A stretch of 64,000 nucleotides of DNA from positions 3,348,001-3,412,000 of the forward strand of contig OZ281495.1 in NCBI GenBank assembly GCA_965637545.1. Reading direction: 5' to 3'. Below the pieces are notes generated by a model. That model was given only the letters and a program-made list of their open reading frames with translations. It searched no databases and was not told where the DNA came from. Below are positions 38,242 to 50,099 of the stretch, piece by piece. Each line of letters opens with the position of its first letter. The stretch's first letter is position 1. The stretch is from Phallusia mammillata (Eukaryota). The translations under genes were made by a program, and so were the position numbers.

Positions 38242-39911
38242 CAGGGGTGGCCAAACCGCATGCGGCTCTTTGAGTCTTTGATTGAGGCTCTTTTACGTTG
38301 CACATGTATTTCCCCATCTTGCCGTGTTGTTTAACCTGATTATAAAACAAAGCATTTTCTAACATAACGATAGACTGACTGTTTGTAATAACTAGGGAGA
38401 TTATTTTTTGACCCAAAAAACGAAAAATTTTGACCCACAAATTGAAAATTTTGACAAATTTTGACTTTAAAAAACTTTTTTTGAAAAAATTTTGACCTAT
38501 GAAGAACTCAAGTAGTTAAATTACGCATTATTGTACAAAAAGTTAAAATATAGCTGTAGGCTAATGGAACCGAAGCGAAAGAATGTGCAAAAATATAACA
38601 AGGGCAAATATCCCAAAACAGACCTAACCTATTCTGAAAAGGGAAATGAGCTAATTAAAAATCACTGCTAAAAAACTGCAGCAAAGACACAACAAAAATT
38701 GTTCAATGCATTTGTGTAAACGAAAGATACATGAAGTATATAAAGCAAAACCGAAGCAAGAGCTGCACCTAAACTACCAAAATTGTACACGTTTTGACGT
38801 GTGTTGTTTTGATTCTTAATAAGCAGACAATGGGCCATTTACAACAGTATAAAGTAGGCTCCACTCATGGGCGTTCGCAGGAAAAATACAGGGGAGGGCA
38901 AACTATCGTCACATCGCCGTTCGATAAACGGTATTTCAGAACAAAAATCATCTGACAGTGATATCTTTCTTGCCAATCCCAATGTAGCAAAGTAGTGCAA
39001 TAAACAGAATATTAACTATTACTGAAATATGTGGAAGGTTGGCAAACGATTTTTAACGAAAATAAGATTTATATGCACGAACCTTATCAGATGTAAGAAC
39101 AGATACAGTGAAGGTATCACATAATGGCTTTTTGACACATCCATCAATGACGCAATAATATGCTTGTTACCGAGCTATTGTTAAGTAATAATGTTCGATT
39201 CATTTAATCTGTTGTAAAACCTCATCCTGTTCTGTTACAGTTACAGCTTGTATTCGGTGCGTTTAACGGGGTGGAGACCCACGAAGTCTTCAGTTTACGT
39301 TCCAGGAATAGTTTTTGTATAACACTGTGTGAATGTTTATTGGGTTTTATTTTAAGATGCGAAATTTGCGACCGTTTGCGTTTTTCTTTTTTTCCAGGGG
39401 GAAGGGGGCACCCTTTTGAAGTCAAAAAATAATCGCCCTAGTGATAACCAATGTACATTCCGCAAACCGAAAAGAACATTATTGTACAGAAGAGTGCTAG
39501 CTTGTGCATTGTTGTCAAATATATTGTCAGATTGAAGCTGTAAGTCAGGGCTGACATAAAAAACATTTTACATTTGTATTGCTGCTTATACTAGCAATAA
39601 CTGTAAAGTTTTGCCCAAAAATTTTGTTGAGAAATAATTGCAAAAAAGTAAGATAAACAGGAAAATATAACTATTAAAACAGAGTAACTTGAAACGTCAT
39701 TACGAAGCTAAACACAAAAACAGTCTAATTTCAAAAACCTTGCAGCCCAAGTGGAGACTTACAGTATCACCACACAACAATAATCATCATTTAAAAGACT
39801 ACACTTGATTGTGAGTAAATAAATTCGTTTTTGATTTTTTGTGTTGCGGCTCTTTTAAAACTAAGTTTTGTGATATGCGGCTCGAGCATGAAGCAGGTCT
39901 TGCCAATCCTG
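38242..39911. mobile_element. hAT-type MITE with nested sequence and an aaaattttgac minisatellite
   Basis: Ends caggggtggccaaacc / ttgccaatcctg with gcggctc subterminal motifs. atatacc lies near both ends. The element is absent from the paralogous segment near 51.36 kb. Confidence 0.7.
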
Positions 39912-41196
39912 GAATATACCATTGTTTTTCTTTTTTTGTGTACTGCACTGATTGTTTAGCCGCATGAGATTTGTGGAAGTATCGAGTTTTTATTCTTCTT
40001 TACCTCTTCTCGTTTAATTTTTATCGAAAACTTCTGCGTTAAGCCGCATTGCTTAATTTATCTCTTGGTGGGTCACGTGCATCACAATTCAGACACATTA
40101 TCGTGTGATTTAAACGTCAGGTCTAAGCTATCAGTGTAGAGAGGTAGGACGGATTTTTAGAGCAGTAGAACATTTACTCCCGCGCAAACGCGATAAGTAA
40201 TCAGCTAACAGTTGCTTCACACCTCTAAACAACAGTGTTTGTTCTCGTTTAAGCACAATGTTTGTTCCGGTGTCCTTCCGGTTTTGCCCTGCGTTGTGTT
40301 ATAAAAACGATTGCGTTGGGTAGTTTTGCCATAAAATGATACCGAGATTGATACAAACACTTGCGCAATGTGAACAATTGCTTTTCTATCGTTGTGATGA
40401 CAGTTTAACCCTTACGTTGGTTACCCGTCACGCCTCAGTGCCGTTCTCCCCTAACCCACCAGCTTTATTGTTGCAAAGTGACGTGGTGAAACTCGACTGA
40501 AAGCTTTTTTTTGCCTCCGCATCTAATAAGATGATAATTGTGACTTAATTGATGAAAATGTTTCGGGCGTAATCTTTTAAAATGTAACTCATTCCTTTGG
40601 AGTTTTAGATTAGCTGGGGCAAAACTTTGTACAACACGACTTTTCGCATTTCAATTCAGTGCATTTCAATTTCAGTGGTTTATGTGGTAAATAGATCAAA
40701 TAAGAAGTAGAACATACAAGTTTGCAATATATAGAAAAGCCTAGTTTCAGGTAGGTCATTGGCCGTCGAACAACAACTAATGACGTCACTCACCACGTGG
40801 TCGTCTCCAAGCCACTCTAACAAAAATTGGACTCGCGGACGATTTGTATAATCAGCGTTGCACAACAAATATGTTACGGTTGAATGATTATTTTGTTACA
40901 AAATAACAATCCATGCGTGAATTTTCATCATTTCACTTCAGTAACAAGTAGAAGTAAAATGAAAAAAGTATGTATAAAGTTCATACAATCCTTCTCATTG
41001 ATGCTTTAGGTTTTGTCAGTTGTTGTTCGCGAAACAGCCTAATTTTTCTTCCATTTGTTATAGTTCGACGCGAAAGTCACTACTTTGCAAAAAAATGTAA
41101 ATATATGTCTAATTTGAGATGATATAACATCCAGTTTACTCTGTAATCGGCACAGTTTGTCTGGCAGGATTTTGTTCCAAAAAAAATTGATTTACA

Positions 41197-44100
41197 ATGG
41201 CTTCGATAAACGAAGTAAGTAAACTAAAAATGTACAAGCTTAAAGGCATGCAGAATTTTTTTTGAACGTTGCATTGCTTTTAAAAAAAAACTGTTGCCCA
41301 TTTAAGTTTATGTTTTCGAAACATGTAAAAGTGCAAATGCCTTATTTGTTTCTGAAACAGTTTCAAGAATTGGACTGTGGTGACATCACGTGCAACCTTA
41401 ATGACTTTGTGGCGGGTTCAGGAGGTTTCGGGGATGTTCTATTTGGATATCATAATGGGTTAAAGCAAGAAGTTGCCATAAAAATATTTAAGGTCTCTGG
41501 TGGAAAGCAGGAAAAGGCGCGGCTTGAAAAAACGTAAGTTATGAGACTTTTCATTTTCGGTACCTTAATGTATTGCAAACATGGTAGGGATGTACTTTAA
41601 AATGATGGGTTGGTACTTTAACTTTGTGGAAGAATTTTGTGACGATGACATCACAACAGTTTATAAAAATAATGACGTTACGAAGCGCAAATAACTTTTA
41701 AAAATGATCATTTTAAAAACTCTTTCCAATTTTGAATTTTGTGTCAACTTGCTGGCGCAGTGTGTGTTGATGTGTATTGAGAAAGGAGTCTTTGCGAATA
41801 ACCGAAGATTACAAAAGCGACGTATGGGGCCTGTGTGATGTTTGATAAATTGTACTCGTTGTTATTTCGTTAAAACAAACCTATTACGGTTAGAAGTCCC
41901 CAATCACATTTGAAGGAACATACCACCTCACATGTCCTTACCGGACTTCGCTCGTGGTCCCATACACAGTACATCAACATGCAGTTGAGTAAAAAACCTA
42001 TTTCCTTAGAATCAAAGAAGAGATGGAACACTTGCAGAAAGCCGGCCATGAAAATGTTGTTCGGGTTTATGGCTATGTCAAATGGACTTTCGCAATAGGA
42101 ATTGTGATGGAATATTACAAAGGCGGGAATCTCAAAGAACTACTTCAGGATACATCCAAAGAACTGGGCCTTGCTCTGCGCCTTCGCATTTTATACGAAG
42201 TAGCATCAGCAATGGATTTCTGTCACAATTTACCAGACAAACGTTTAATTCATCAGGACTTGAAACCTGAAAATGTCATGTTTACTGAAGAGCTTCGTTG
42301 CAAAATAATCGATTTCGGTGCCGCCGAACTGGCCACTTACAGTATTTCGGCAACTGTAAACCCTTTGGCAAGAAGCAAGAAGGAAAGGCCACAGTATACT
42401 CCCTATTACACTGCTCCAGAAAAACTTAAGGACCCAATTATGAAACCAAGAAAGCAGCATGACGTGTACGCTTTCAGCATGTTAACTTACTGGCTTCTTG
42501 CTCGTAAAGCTCCCTATCCACATCTGATCGGCGAACCACTAAGAAAGCTTTTGCAGCTAATCGAGAACGGAAAAAGACCAGACTGCCAGGAAATACAGGA
42601 TTGGATACAAACTTTGGTCGGTGAAGACAGAGAAATCGCAGAGCAACTCCAACTACTGATGAAGCGATGCTGGGATCAAGATCCCACAAAACGTCCCACA
42701 ATGACTGAGATAAAAGAAGAATTAAAAACGCGTTTGGATAAGCAACAAAACACCAAGCTACTTTCTCAAGTTTTGACGACTTTGACTCAAATAAATTTGG
42801 ACGAGCAACCGCAAGTCAGCGAAGGTCGACGCGTTCCTCTTCACTATTTTTCACCGCGGTCCGGAGGTTTTCATGGTAAATTAATCGGTCATACATATAA
42901 ATTTATTATAATAAGAAGTAACTCCGAGCAGAAGCAAATTTCCTTGCCCGAGACGCTTTGGAACTGGTAGTTATCACAATTAAGTTGGGACACAATGTGA
43001 TAATTTGATGTGTTATATTTTATCGCTGTTCAGAATTTACACAATAACATAAAAAATCGAAAGATATTAAGTCGTTATGTCATGTCACCCATCTATATTT
43101 CAGTGCCCTTCACATCGGGTGGAACCGAAGGACGTTTGATCGAACCAGCGGAGGGCGCACAAGAGTATCCTTCTTCTCAGCAAGAGAAAAAATCCCCCCA
43201 AGGTGAAAAAACAAAACCGGGTAGGATTTAACAATGTCAAATTTTTTGGTATATAACCTTCAGCATCCCCGTACTTGACCCAGGTTGACATGCTCAGTTT
43301 ATGAAGCCACTTGACAACCCTCAAATGCCGCATTAACAATTTTGTGTAATGTAATCCCAAGGTTTAGGTCTTACAACGGCAAAACTATATAGAGCGCACT
43401 TTTAGAGCTAAGTGGCCGCAGGTCTCCCATTTCCGACCTGGTCAATCAAAACTATTTTTCATTGATTAAACTTTGTTTTATTTGTCGTAACATTGCTGTT
43501 TGTTCGATCGTTTTTTAAAACTTATGAGATTTAAAGTTCAATATAAAGCCGTAACCGCCCTCTGCGAGTTTGTTGTAAGTCAATATTTGTCTTTGGCAAC
43601 CGAAACGTCAAACAATTTCACTCGGTGCACAGACGATGTTTCTAATAAATCTTGGTTGTATTTCTCTCGGAAAGCAATGCAAATGTATTCACTAAATAAA
43701 GATATCTAAAAGCAATCAACTTTCAGGTCCCTCTACACCAAGTGCGGCCATAAAAAAGACAATCAAATCTACAGAGGGCACACATGAGGTACGGTCTCCA
43801 TCTTCTTCTTCACAACAAGGGGAAAGTCCTACATTCAGCAAACCGCAGCAACCAGGTATATGGTGGGCAAAACGATAATGGAAATTCCGATAATTTAGAA
43901 CATCGTTATAAATTTACCAGTTTTTGTTTTACCTACTTTAAGTCGCGGAACACTTGGCGCATATTAAAATCAAGGTCACACTCAACCAATTGATAACGGA
44001 CCCACGCAATTACATTATCAATATTTCACGACGAATCTGATTGTTACACAAAAATAAATGTGAATCACGATGAAGCATTCAAACTGGTGACAGCGGAGAA

Positions 44101-45954
44101 TTACTTTTATGAAAGAAAAGCTATTTCTGCCATTGTGTAAACTTTAAAAATCACCGCCTTAAACGACAGCTAACATGCGTTGCCAGTATGGTGGAAAGTC
44201 AATATTGGTTTAGCGGCAACTCGTATAACTTTACGAGGAAATAGGTATTCGTCCAAAAATAAGTTATATTTTTATTAAAATATGTATAGGCGAAAACAAA
44301 AAGCATTGTAGGTAAACAAAGGTCCCAGTTCTTAACCAACAATGATTTATCGTCAATAGAATCAGTCGGCACCAAGAAACAATCAATTGAACCAATAGAT
44401 GCCTCCCAGCAAAACATACAATTACCTTCTTATGAACAAGGAGAAACTCCCACCAGCAGCAATGCACAGCAATCGGGTATGAGATACGTCGGCTCGTAGA
44501 AACTTATAGTTATTTATAATATTGATAAACGTATTGTAACCAAAAGAATACTTATGGGCAGTAAGAAAAAAACTTTTTTAGACATTTTTTGTTTAGACGC
44601 CATCACAAACGATGACGAAAAATCCAACCCGTCCGTACAAAAGTTAATCGCCCGCTTCAACAGTATATTACCGCAGCAACCTGCAGGTAACCAATCATGG
44701 AGTCAAATAAATGGGACTTGTGTGCTTGTTTTGAAGCTTATGACCTGGCTAACGAAATGTTTGTTAACGACGGCAAAAATGCCTGAGCCGGTTTAAACTT
44801 ATTTCTCGTAACATCAACAAACTTAGTTTTATTTAAGCAACGCCCTGATAGCTATCAAGCAGTCAGGGTGCACGTAAATTCGTAACAGGGATCAACCCTA
44901 AAGCGGTTATTCAGATCTGTAATAACGGCGTAGTTATAAATAAATCACCAGGACCAGCCCTTTTAAACGCGGTACCAAAGCAGCATTTCCAAATGGCAAG
45001 GGTTCTGGTGGGACTCGAGCCCACGACAGGAGTCTTTCTGGGACTTGCAGGCAACAGTGCTTGTTTCGATATTTGACGGGCTCACCGCTAAACTTGTGAA
45101 GCTCAGTTGGTTCCACAACGAGTCCAGATATCAAAAAAAATAAATAAATGAAGTAAATCGCGAACATTCAGTCTAATATAAAATCTAATAAGAACCTGCT
45201 AATCTATATTATATGAACACATTTAAAGGTAAACACAAGTAAAGCTTATGCAGCGGCAACATGCCAAATGCCCGTAGATTTTCCCACAACGAAAGCGCAA
45301 CCGCGTACAGCAGGCTAGAAAAGTAGTTTCCGGTACGCGAGGGGTTATATAGCGGGTTATATACCCCAATCATGATGCACTTGACCGATCACATCGGTGG
45401 GAATCGCATACACACACTAGTACATATAACGCAGTTTTGGTTAAAGTTTGGATAGATTGAAGCTAACAAAAGGTTTCGTTTAGTATAGAAAAATATCAGT
45501 GTTTCAGTTGGGGTTCGAATTCCACCACAGGCGGTATATTTTAAGCCTACCTCTTGTCATATGATAAACGCTTGGTGACCGGCTGATTCGGTATGGCGCC
45601 TTTAAGAAGCCTGATGCATGGTGTACTACGCTAAACATATATCATAAATAACATAAAAATATACCTTGTTTTACAAACAAATCAACCCCACATAAAAACG
45701 TGCAGTGTACTTTAAAACGAAAAAAACATTTTCCACAATACACCTGACCATGTTGAAAGCCTGGTGGTGGTAATGATTTGTTCTTTAATGAATTCCTTTA
45801 GTTTTATTTGTTTGGCGGAAATGGTGGATTTTATTTGGATTGTCACAACTATGTTTAGATTCCAGCAGACTTCTAAGAACTGAAGTAAAGTCCTCTGTTG
45901 TACCTACAGAAAACCGTCCTACTTCCAGCAGCTCATCACTACAGCAACCTACAG
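41197..45954 (+). CDS. K2: RIPK/TKL-like kinase with low-complexity linker exons; 3' end not visible
   Basis: Exons 41197-41214 (MASINE), 41361-41533, 42010-42875, 43104-43202, 43727-43855, 44360-44476, 44597-44686 and 45859-45954. Motifs GSGGFG, VAIK, HQDLKPEN, DFG and APE are intact. Confidence 0.9.
45510..45625 (+). mobile_element. Degenerate SINE fragment (same family as 46132-46377); another head fragment at about 45003-45046 (-)
   Basis: B-box ggttcgaattcc followed by gaccggctgattcggtat, which is shared with the other copies. Confidence 0.65.
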
Positions 45955-46131
45955 GTAAACCAATAACAGATAAACACGTTGTAATTATTTTAAAGCTATT
46001 ATTGCTAACTATTTAAAGGTTTTGATTTGAAACAAGCGCTTAAAAACCATAAAATTATCAAAAAGAAAATTCAACGTTTAAGTGACGGACAAGGTATTTA
46101 TTATTATGTTATGTTAATACTTGGAAGTAAG

Positions 46132-46377
46132 CTAAGATGAATATTTTCATACTGGGATCAGCCCTGAAGCATCGATTCAGACCTGCGATCACGGCATACT
46201 TATCGATAATACACAGTACGCCAGGCCTATTAAAGGCATAATACCGAATCAGCTGGTCTCCCAAGCATTCACATATGGCAAGGCATAGGCTAGAAAAATC
46301 TATCCTGCGGTGGGATTCGAACCCACGACAGGAGTCTTTCCGGGACTCGCGCTCTACCAACTGAGCTACACAGGCTC
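46132..46377 (-). mobile_element. tRNA-derived SINE
   Basis: The minus strand reads gagcctgtgtagctcagttggtagagc (A box)...gggttcgaatccc (B box). About 170 bp of body follows, shared with dispersed copies at 45.5 and 63.2-63.46 kb. Confidence 0.85.
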
Positions 46378-46420
46378 AGTGGAGAAACCGCCGAAAGTCG
46401 GATCACAATCACCGTTGCCT

Positions 46421-46620
46421 NNNNNNNNNNNNNNNNNNNNNNNNNNNNNNNNNNNNNNNNNNNNNNNNNNNNNNNNNNNNNNNNNNNNNNNNNNNNNNNN
46501 NNNNNNNNNNNNNNNNNNNNNNNNNNNNNNNNNNNNNNNNNNNNNNNNNNNNNNNNNNNNNNNNNNNNNNNNNNNNNNNNNNNNNNNNNNNNNNNNNNNN
46601 NNNNNNNNNNNNNNNNNNNN
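46421..46620. other. Assembly gap (200 N)
   Basis: Run of N; the true gap size is unknown. Confidence 1.
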
Positions 46621-47009
46621 AATCAAAACAGGCCGCAACTAAACAATCGGTAACGCGTTTTACGACAACAGGATTGGGATAACTACAAGTTTCTGCCATG
46701 TAACCGATTAAGTTTGTATCAGTCGTCAGTAAAAAATATTGACTTTCTATGGTACTAATGTGCATAGGAATTCCAGATATTAAAACGCTACAAATACAGT
46801 TAAGCGTTGGCTGCTTGCAAAACAGCGAAAATGTTAACATTTACTGACAACTTGATGTGTGTTTCAAAACCGCAGGGAGCGTGAAAATGTTTTACATTTT
46901 AACCAGTTTTCGAAGCAAACGTTTTTTACTAAACAATTGCCAGCAATGCATACCTATGTTTGCTGTATTAGTTCAACTACTAGCTCCAATGTGTCAATAT
47001 ATCTCATAC

Positions 47010-49540
47010 CTGTTTTTTGCTGTCTGCTAGAGGTGAGGATTTCCCCTTGTTGAGATGACGGACACTCTTGTGCGCCTCTCTTGTGCGCTGGTCCGCTTGA
47101 ACGTCCTTCGGTGCCACCTGGTGTGGAGGGCACTGAAAACAGAAAATAATAAATGAGTAATATTAGCAGTGGTTTAGGACGATTTTTGTACTAATGAATC
47201 ATTAATTGCCACAACACCTACTGGGTCTGGTGTGGATGTGACAGATATAATAAAAGACCGCAATTAAACAACCAGTAACGCGTTTAATGACAACAAGATA
47301 AGGATAACTACAAGTTCCTACGGATCAAAGTATCTTATACACGGGTCCTTTTTTAGGAAAATGCAGCCTGGTCCGCTTTGCCTACGATTAATTTGTGAAA
47401 AGCAAATCTAAACTTAATATCTGTTGGTTTGTTAATTTACCATGAAAACTTCTGGACCGGGTTGCAAAATACTGAAGAGAAACGCGTCGACCTTCGCTGA
47501 CTACGGGTTGCTCGTCTAAATCCATTTGATTCAAAGTCGTCAAAACTTGAGAAAGTAGCTTGGTGGTTTTCTGTTTGTCTAAATACGTTTTCAATTCTTC
47601 TTTTATTTCAGTCATTGTGGGACGTTTTGTGGGATCTTGATCCCAGCATCGCTTCATCAGTAGTTGGAGTTGCTCTGCGATTTCTCTGTCTTCACCGACC
47701 AAAGTTTGCATCCAATCCTGTATGTCCTGACAGTCTGGTCTTTTTCCTTTCTTGATTAGTTTCAATAACTCCTTTCGCTCTTCTTCTGCCAGACGTGGAT
47801 AAGGTGCTTTACGGGTCAAGACCCAATACAATAGCATACTGAAAGCATATACGTCATGCTGCTTCCTTGGTTTCGTTGTGGGGTCCTTCAGTTTTTCTGG
47901 CGCGGTGTAGTAAGGGGTGTATTGTGGCCTTTCTTTCTTGGTTCGTGCCAAAGGATTCACAGTTGCCGAAATACTATAAGTTGCCAGTTCGGAGGCCCCG
48001 AAATCAGCCAATCTACAGCTTAGTTCTTTGGTAAGCAAAACGTTTCCAGGTTTTAGGTCCTGATGAATTAAACGTTTGTCGGGCAAATTGTGACAGAAAG
48101 CCAATGCTGATGCTATTTCGTATAAAATGCGAAGGCGCACAGCAAGGCCCAATTCTTTGGATGTATCCATTAGTAGTGTTTCCAAATCTCCACCTTTGCA
48201 GTATTCCATCACAATTCCCATTGAGAAAGACCATTGGACGTAGCCGAAGATTCGAACGACATTTTCATGATCTGCTTTCAGCAAGTGTTCCATTTCTTCC
48301 TTGATCCTAAAGAATATTTTGAAAAACATGGGTGTGGTGTTTTATGTAAGTGGTAAATTTTACGACTTACATTTTCAGAGCAAGTGACCTTTTTTGCGTT
48401 CCACCAGCCACCTCAAATACTTTGATGGCCACTTCTTGCTTTAACCCTTTGTGGTATCCAAATATAACATCCCCGAAACCTCCTGAACCGGCCACAAAGT
48501 CATCAAGGTTACACGTGATGTCACCGCAGTCCAATTCTCGTAACTGTGACACAATAAGTTTGAATTTTTACCCCTTCATGGCCATCATATATTTTATTGA
48601 AGTCCAACCAAGTCATACAACTAACTCAATCAATTGAGATTCTCTTTGCTTTGTGCAACCGCTTTGCAAACGAAAGGTTTGAAATCCGTCCGGCTTTAGT
48701 AATCGCTGAGTAACTTACAACTGATTACAACTTGTTAGTTTTTTTGACTAGTTTCAGAGTGTCAAAAAAAGAAATCCCCTTTATAAGTCATTGGCATTGC
48801 CGAAAATGGAATACGATTGTGAACCCCTCTAAACCAGGGGTGCACAACCATGCGGCCGCGAAAACGAATTTATTCGGCCGTGAACATGTTTGTTAAAGTA
48901 TGTGTTATGGAGGCCGTAAGTTGATTGCAACTCGTTTGCTAGACATTTAGCGTAAAAACTGGTCTGGATGCACTGTGTGGAAATTGAAATATATGTTACC
49001 AGCCCTGCTGCTACGCGTCAAACTTTGCGTGTGCCCATTATGCGCAAACAATTAAATAAACACGCAACGTAACAATATACAAGGTAATGCCAAAGGCAGT
49101 TAAGACATAATACCGACTCGTTCAGCTGTATCAATGGAAAAACGAGATAATCTGTACTTTCAGCCACCAGTCGATGGGATATTATAAGTTAAATCATACT
49201 ACAGCTTTACATTAATACTATACAAACAAAAAACGTGAAGACATTTGGCGACCGTCGATAAAATAAGGACCTGTGCCGTCGCAGCAAAATGTTGTGCACC
49301 CCTGCATTAATCCCTTAGATTAACATTATCAGGCATTAGAAAAGCACAAAAGGGGGAAATAATAAAAATATTAAAAAAGAGTAGTGAAGTAATATTTGAA
49401 AACAAATGCTTTTATTTAAAATGCAGAAAATGTTTCGAAAGGACAAAAAAAACTGTTGAGGTATATTTTAGTTCAGCAAGCAAACAAACAAACAAAAGCA
49501 GCAATTATCAGATTTTGCTCACCTCTTTTGGCGAAGTCAT
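47010..49540 (-). CDS. K3: RIPK/TKL-like kinase, inverted paralog; 3' end runs toward the gap
   Basis: Minus-strand exons 49523-49540 (MTSPKE|gtgagc), 48371-48543 (173 nt), 47441-48306 (866 nt) and 47010-47132. Motifs GSGGFG, VAIK, HQDLKPGN, DFG and APE are intact. Confidence 0.9.
48835..49304. mobile_element. hAT-type MITE in intron 1 of K3
   Basis: 14-bp perfect TIR caggggtgcacaac / gttgtgcacccctg. Its 5' region resembles the element end at about 36897. The TSD is degenerate (5/8). Confidence 0.75.
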
Positions 49541-50099
49541 ATTTAAGAAAGTTTAAAAAAAATTCCTGCAATGAATGAATTTAACTGCAGAAGCTCTTGC
49601 TGCATAAAAACAAATGGATGCTTTTTATGTGTTCGCTGATAACCTGAGAGTGGAGAGTCCATAAATATGAAATTTAAAGATTATTTAGCACATATCATTA
49701 TTTTTCTATTTTTGCTATAAAATATTATCCTTATTGTGTAGCATAGCATAGCATGTAATTTTTATGATACTCTCATTCATTTATGATACAATTTATCGCA
49801 CATATACAGGTTTCAATGGGGGCCAAATAATGTATCGCACCAGTAAAAAAAATTACCCTGGGGCCCTGCTGTCAGCCATACATTTATCTTGACACTGCCT
49901 GAAATAAATTTCTGCATCTCCACATCCTTTCTATTGCAACACACTTAAAGTTTCTCTGGTGAAAAAATTTCAAATAGCAAACAAATTCTGATGACCAAAA
50001 CGTTTTCCTATTCAATTTTTATCCGTACTAAATTGCAACTACATGTGACTGTCTAATTCAAGTCTGCATTACAACTCATATAAATGAAAGGCTACTTAT

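Larger units (their letters stand above)
31700..40520 (-). pseudogene. Gene X relic, copy 2, internally tandem-amplified
   Basis: Exon-like 33548-33637 (WDNSFSDTLDWCLCNLGHTFDLYGTSGIR, GTGAGC donor), an exon from 33349 (IQLRDFTRSLMGCF*), and 72-nt exon-like units at 34100-34171, 34653-34724 and 40425-40496. About 34.7-35.9 kb is repeated at about 35.9-38.2 kb. Stops, frameshifts and MITE insertions are present. Confidence 0.55.

Noticed and set aside
40664-40673. ISRE-like GAAATTGAAA upstream of K2
   Set aside because: It is a short A/T-rich motif expected by chance in this composition, and I did not see it at equivalent positions of the other paralogs.
46300-46377. tRNA gene (cloverleaf with apparent GGA anticodon)
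   Set aside because: It lacks U33, has an extra base before the anticodon stem, and continues into a body shared with dispersed copies. It is a SINE head.
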